A DNA stretch of 64,000 bases from Laetmonice hystrix (Eukaryota). The DNA lies in NCBI GenBank assembly GCA_965235115.1, contig OZ249436.1:4156001-4220000 (forward strand), in the 5' to 3' direction. Under the pieces are notes generated by a model, which made no database searches, was not told the DNA's origin, and saw only the letters and a list, made by a program, of their open reading frames with translations. The position numbers and the translations under genes are program-made. This document shows positions 60,336 to 64,000 of this stretch, piece by piece. The first letter of the stretch is position 1; the number at the start of each line of letters is the position of its first letter.

Positions 60336-61849
60336 GTAAGTGTTTTTGATTTACAGTCTTACCCATGGCCCCAAGAATCTGCAGTGCGTTCCACAGACAG
60401 AAAACCTTGTTCAAACTATCCAGCTGTATAATTTACAAGCCACGTTGTTCTTTCCTTACTGTGTAAAGTCGAAGAAAAGGACGGATGAGGTCACCACTTT
60501 AAAAATTATTATAATACCACCATAACGTGCTGTACATGCGAGAATGGTTGACATAATTATATTACGACTCGACCATCACATGTAGTACCCGTAGGTCCTT
60601 GAGGGGGTTCTTGTTAGGTGTTTTGTACAAGACCACATGAAGTACCGTCAGGAAGGTGGTACCAGATTGTACTTGACCAATAGGTCACCTTTTCTTGTTG
60701 ACTTTTGTAGTATCAGTATAGTTCAGTATAGGTTTCATATGACCTACTCAGTTGGTGTCGGTGAATGTGTAAATTGGACTTCTAGCCATAAAACAATATT
60801 TAACATACTTCACAGATTAATCAAATTTATTTTTTCTAAATAACAGATTTAGCGTGGAATGTGGTGATTTAATGCAAAAAAAACCACCCAAACTTCTTTT
60901 TAGAAAATTAGTAATAGGCATACAATCCGAATATATCTTTAACTATTAATGTATACCTTACATAGATTAAGGACTGATGGATTAACTTAACTGGATAATC
61001 CGGTCGTCCTGTGCCAAGAGTGGCGCTGTGAGTTGCCAGGTAAAGATGATAACCCCACCCCCCCCCCCACCCCCTCCTCCGCCGGGTAGGCCGAGGTGTT
61101 ACGTACAGAGAGTGGCCCGACTCGACCACTCTTCTTCCGGTCGGGTCTCGCATAACATAAAACAGATGACCTGACCACAGGACCCGGGCAGTGCACTCAG
61201 TGTGCTGGCACGGCAAGCAACGGTTGGAAAACTCGGGATCTAATCATCCACAATGGATTGCCTTTAACTTGTCGGTTGTCTCCGTTGTGCTGAAGGGCGG
61301 CTTCTTTTCTTGAAGTTTCAGTCTTTATTTAACATAACTTTGTGGATAATAGTTGACCAGGAGTGGAGCACAAGCCAAATATGGATCGGTGCCCTGACCA
61401 GGGGGTCACAGGTGTAGTTAATGAAATCTGCTAGAAATACCTCAGAGAGAACCACATGGTTACTGGAGGTTGTATGTGGACGCAGATGGTTTTCATTGAT
61501 CGAGATCAGTGGATCATAACATGAGTGATGGCAGTGATTGGAGAGGCAGGTTGAGGCACAGTGCATGTTACGATTCGTGTCCACGACCCCAAACATCTCA
61601 TGTTTGGGGTGTTGGCTGTTTCCACAGATCGCTTGTCGATGGCAAGCAGCCTATTGATTGACGTGGGCTTCCACTCTTCTCAACGAGCATAGCTAATATA
61701 AAATGGATGTCGGTGTGTTTGTACTTACAACAGGCGGCAGCAACATGTTGTAGAAAACATATCGTGTAATCAAACAGAAAAATCACCGACCTTGTGCATG
61801 ACGTCAGCTGGATTAATAGTTGAGGTGTGTTCATACTTCTCTACGCCAG

Positions 61850-63193
61850 CCCCAGTCGACAACTCCCTGGACCGTGTCGTCTGGTGTCAGGATTCCCCAG
61901 TCGACAAAACTGCTGAACCGTGTCGTCTGGTGTCAGGATTCCCCAGTCGGCAACTCCTGAACCGTGTCGTCTGGTGTCAGGATTCCCCAGTCGACAACTC
62001 CCTGGAACCGTGTCGTCTGGTGTCAAGATTCTCCATTCGGCAACCCTGGAACCGTGTCGTATGGTGTCGGGATTCCCAAGTCGACAACTCTCTGAACCGT
62101 GTCGTCTGGGGTCAGGATTCCCCGGTCGACAACCGGTCCCTGAACCGTGTCGTATGGTGTCAGGATTCCCCAGTCGACAACTCCCTGAACCGTGTCGTAT
62201 GGTGGCAGGATTCCCCAGTCGGCAAATCCCTAAACCGTGTCGTATGGTGTCAGGATTCCCCAGTCGGCAACTCCCTAAACCGTCTCGTATGGTGTCAGGA
62301 TTCCCCAGTCGACAACTCCCTAAACCGTGTCGTCTGGTGTCAGGATTCCCCAGTCGGCAACTCTTGAACCGTGTCGTCTGGTGTCGGGATTCCCCAGTCG
62401 GCAACCCTGGAACCGTGCCGTCTGGTGTCAGGATTCCCCAGTCGGCAACTCCCTAAACCGTGTCGTCTGGTGTCAGGATTCCCCAGTCGGCAACTCCCTA
62501 AACCGTGCCGTCTGGTGTCAGGATTCCCCAGTCGACAACTCCCTAAACCGTCTCGTATGGTGTCAGGATTCCCCAGTCGACAACTCCCTAAACCGTGTCA
62601 TCTGGTGTCAGGATTCCCCAGTCGGCAACTCCTGAACCGTCTCGTATGGTGTCAGGATTCCCCAGTCGGCAACTCCCTGAACTGTGTCGTCTGGTGTCAG
62701 GATTCCCCAGTCGACAACTCCCTAAACCGTGTCATCTGGTGTCAGGATTCCCCAGTCGGCAACCCTAGAACCGTGTCGTCTGGTGTCAGGATTCCCCAGT
62801 CGGCAACTCCCTGAACTGTGTCGTCTGGTGTCAGGATTCCCCAGTCGGCAACTCCTGAACTGTGTCGTCTGGTGTCAGGATTCCCCAGTCGACAACTCCC
62901 TGGAACCGTGTCGTCTGGTGTCAGGATTCCCCAGTCGACAACTCCCTAAACCGTGTCATCTGGTGTCAGGATTCCCCAGTCGGCAACTCCTGAACTGTGT
63001 CGTATGGTGTCAGGATTCCCCAGTCGACAAATCCCTGAACCGTGTCGTCTGGTGTCAGGATTCCCCAGTCGGCAACCCAGGAACCGTGTCGTATGGTGTC
63101 AGGATTCCCCAGTCGGCAACTCTCGAACCGTGTCGTCTGGTGTCAGGATTCCCCAGTCAGCAACTCCTGAACCGTGTCGTCTGGTGTCAGGAT
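61850..63193. repeat. 44-46-bp tandem repeat, ~30 copies
   Basis: Unit AACCGTGTCGTCTGGTGTCAGGATTCCCCAGTCGRCAACTCCCT(R). Confidence 0.97.
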
Positions 63194-64000
63194 ACGTGAT
63201 GAGTTGGCAGGTAGTAGTTGATGTGTGTGGGGCGAGGGTGTCTCACGGACCACGGGACTGACTGAAGGGAGTATGGACGGGCAGATCAGCAGGAGTGAAG
63301 ACTAGTGCACGTATTGTAATGAGGGCAATCAGCCCCTGATTTTGATGAAGGAATCACGATGCTAGATTTGATCAGCCTCGCCCCAGGCTCCACGGTCTCG
63401 ACAGAACCCCAAGGTTAACCCACGTAGGTGGTGGCCACCTGGTTTAATTCACAGGAGATGTTTGCTGAAAAACTGACCGAGTTCTCATAGTTGTGAGAGA
63501 AATGTGCCATTAATGATCAACTCCTCTATTGGAATAATCACGCCGTAAACACTTCATTGTCTACAATTAGAGACTTGTTTGGGGTGTGATTACCAGATAT
63601 TTGATACTGACAAGACTGAAACCATACGTCCTTAAATGTCCAACCCACCCAAGATTGGATCTGTACCAGAGATAACAATGGGCTACGTCAAACGCACTGG
63701 TACGATCGGCAAAAAACGGCCCAATCGACTTGGTGGGGACTTCCTCATGAAACAATCACTAGCAAGTATCACTCCTGTCTTAGAGCGATTCAGAGAACGT
63801 TTAAAAATTCTGGACAACGCAATCCAGAAAGCTGACAACACGCGGCAGGTTCACGTTGAAGATGGTTTGGCCAGCCGCCAACAGGGGGCGACAGCTGTCC
63901 TCCAGAAATACGTCATGGCAGTGACGGATGGGTGCGGAGACCGCCAGGGGGCCATGGAGACCACCATCCCGGTGTCGGTCGTCAAGGAGACAACCAGGCC

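Noticed and set aside
61792..63261. Overlapping repeat ORFs (NRVVWCQDSPV)
   Set aside because: Unit length varies 44-46 bp, giving constant frameshifts

Overview
Intron-rich animal (invertebrate-like bilaterian) genomic DNA; no prokaryotic features, rRNA, tRNA or CRISPR were recognised. Hand-spliced genes: the 3' end of E4F1 (+, 1113-2762); complete UBE2I/UBC9 (-, 6 coding exons, 159 aa); complete RINT1 (+, 14 exons, 790 aa, one U12-type intron); an intronless secreted iduronate-2-sulfatase-like gene (-) interrupted by one in-frame TGA; an unrecognised 3-exon 667-aa gene (-) head-to-head with LRRC49 (+, 11 coding exons seen, including 18- and 36-nt microexons; runs off the window). Roughly a quarter of the window is locus-specific tandem repeats (24-112 bp units), plus many MITE-like inverted-repeat elements and a Tc1 transposase relic. 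The most striking pattern: several tandem arrays are built from, or end at, splice sites. Six near-identical acceptor-plus-exon-start copies precede one LRRC49 exon, three precede RINT1 exon 4, and a 3.7-kb satellite itself supplies a RINT1 acceptor.
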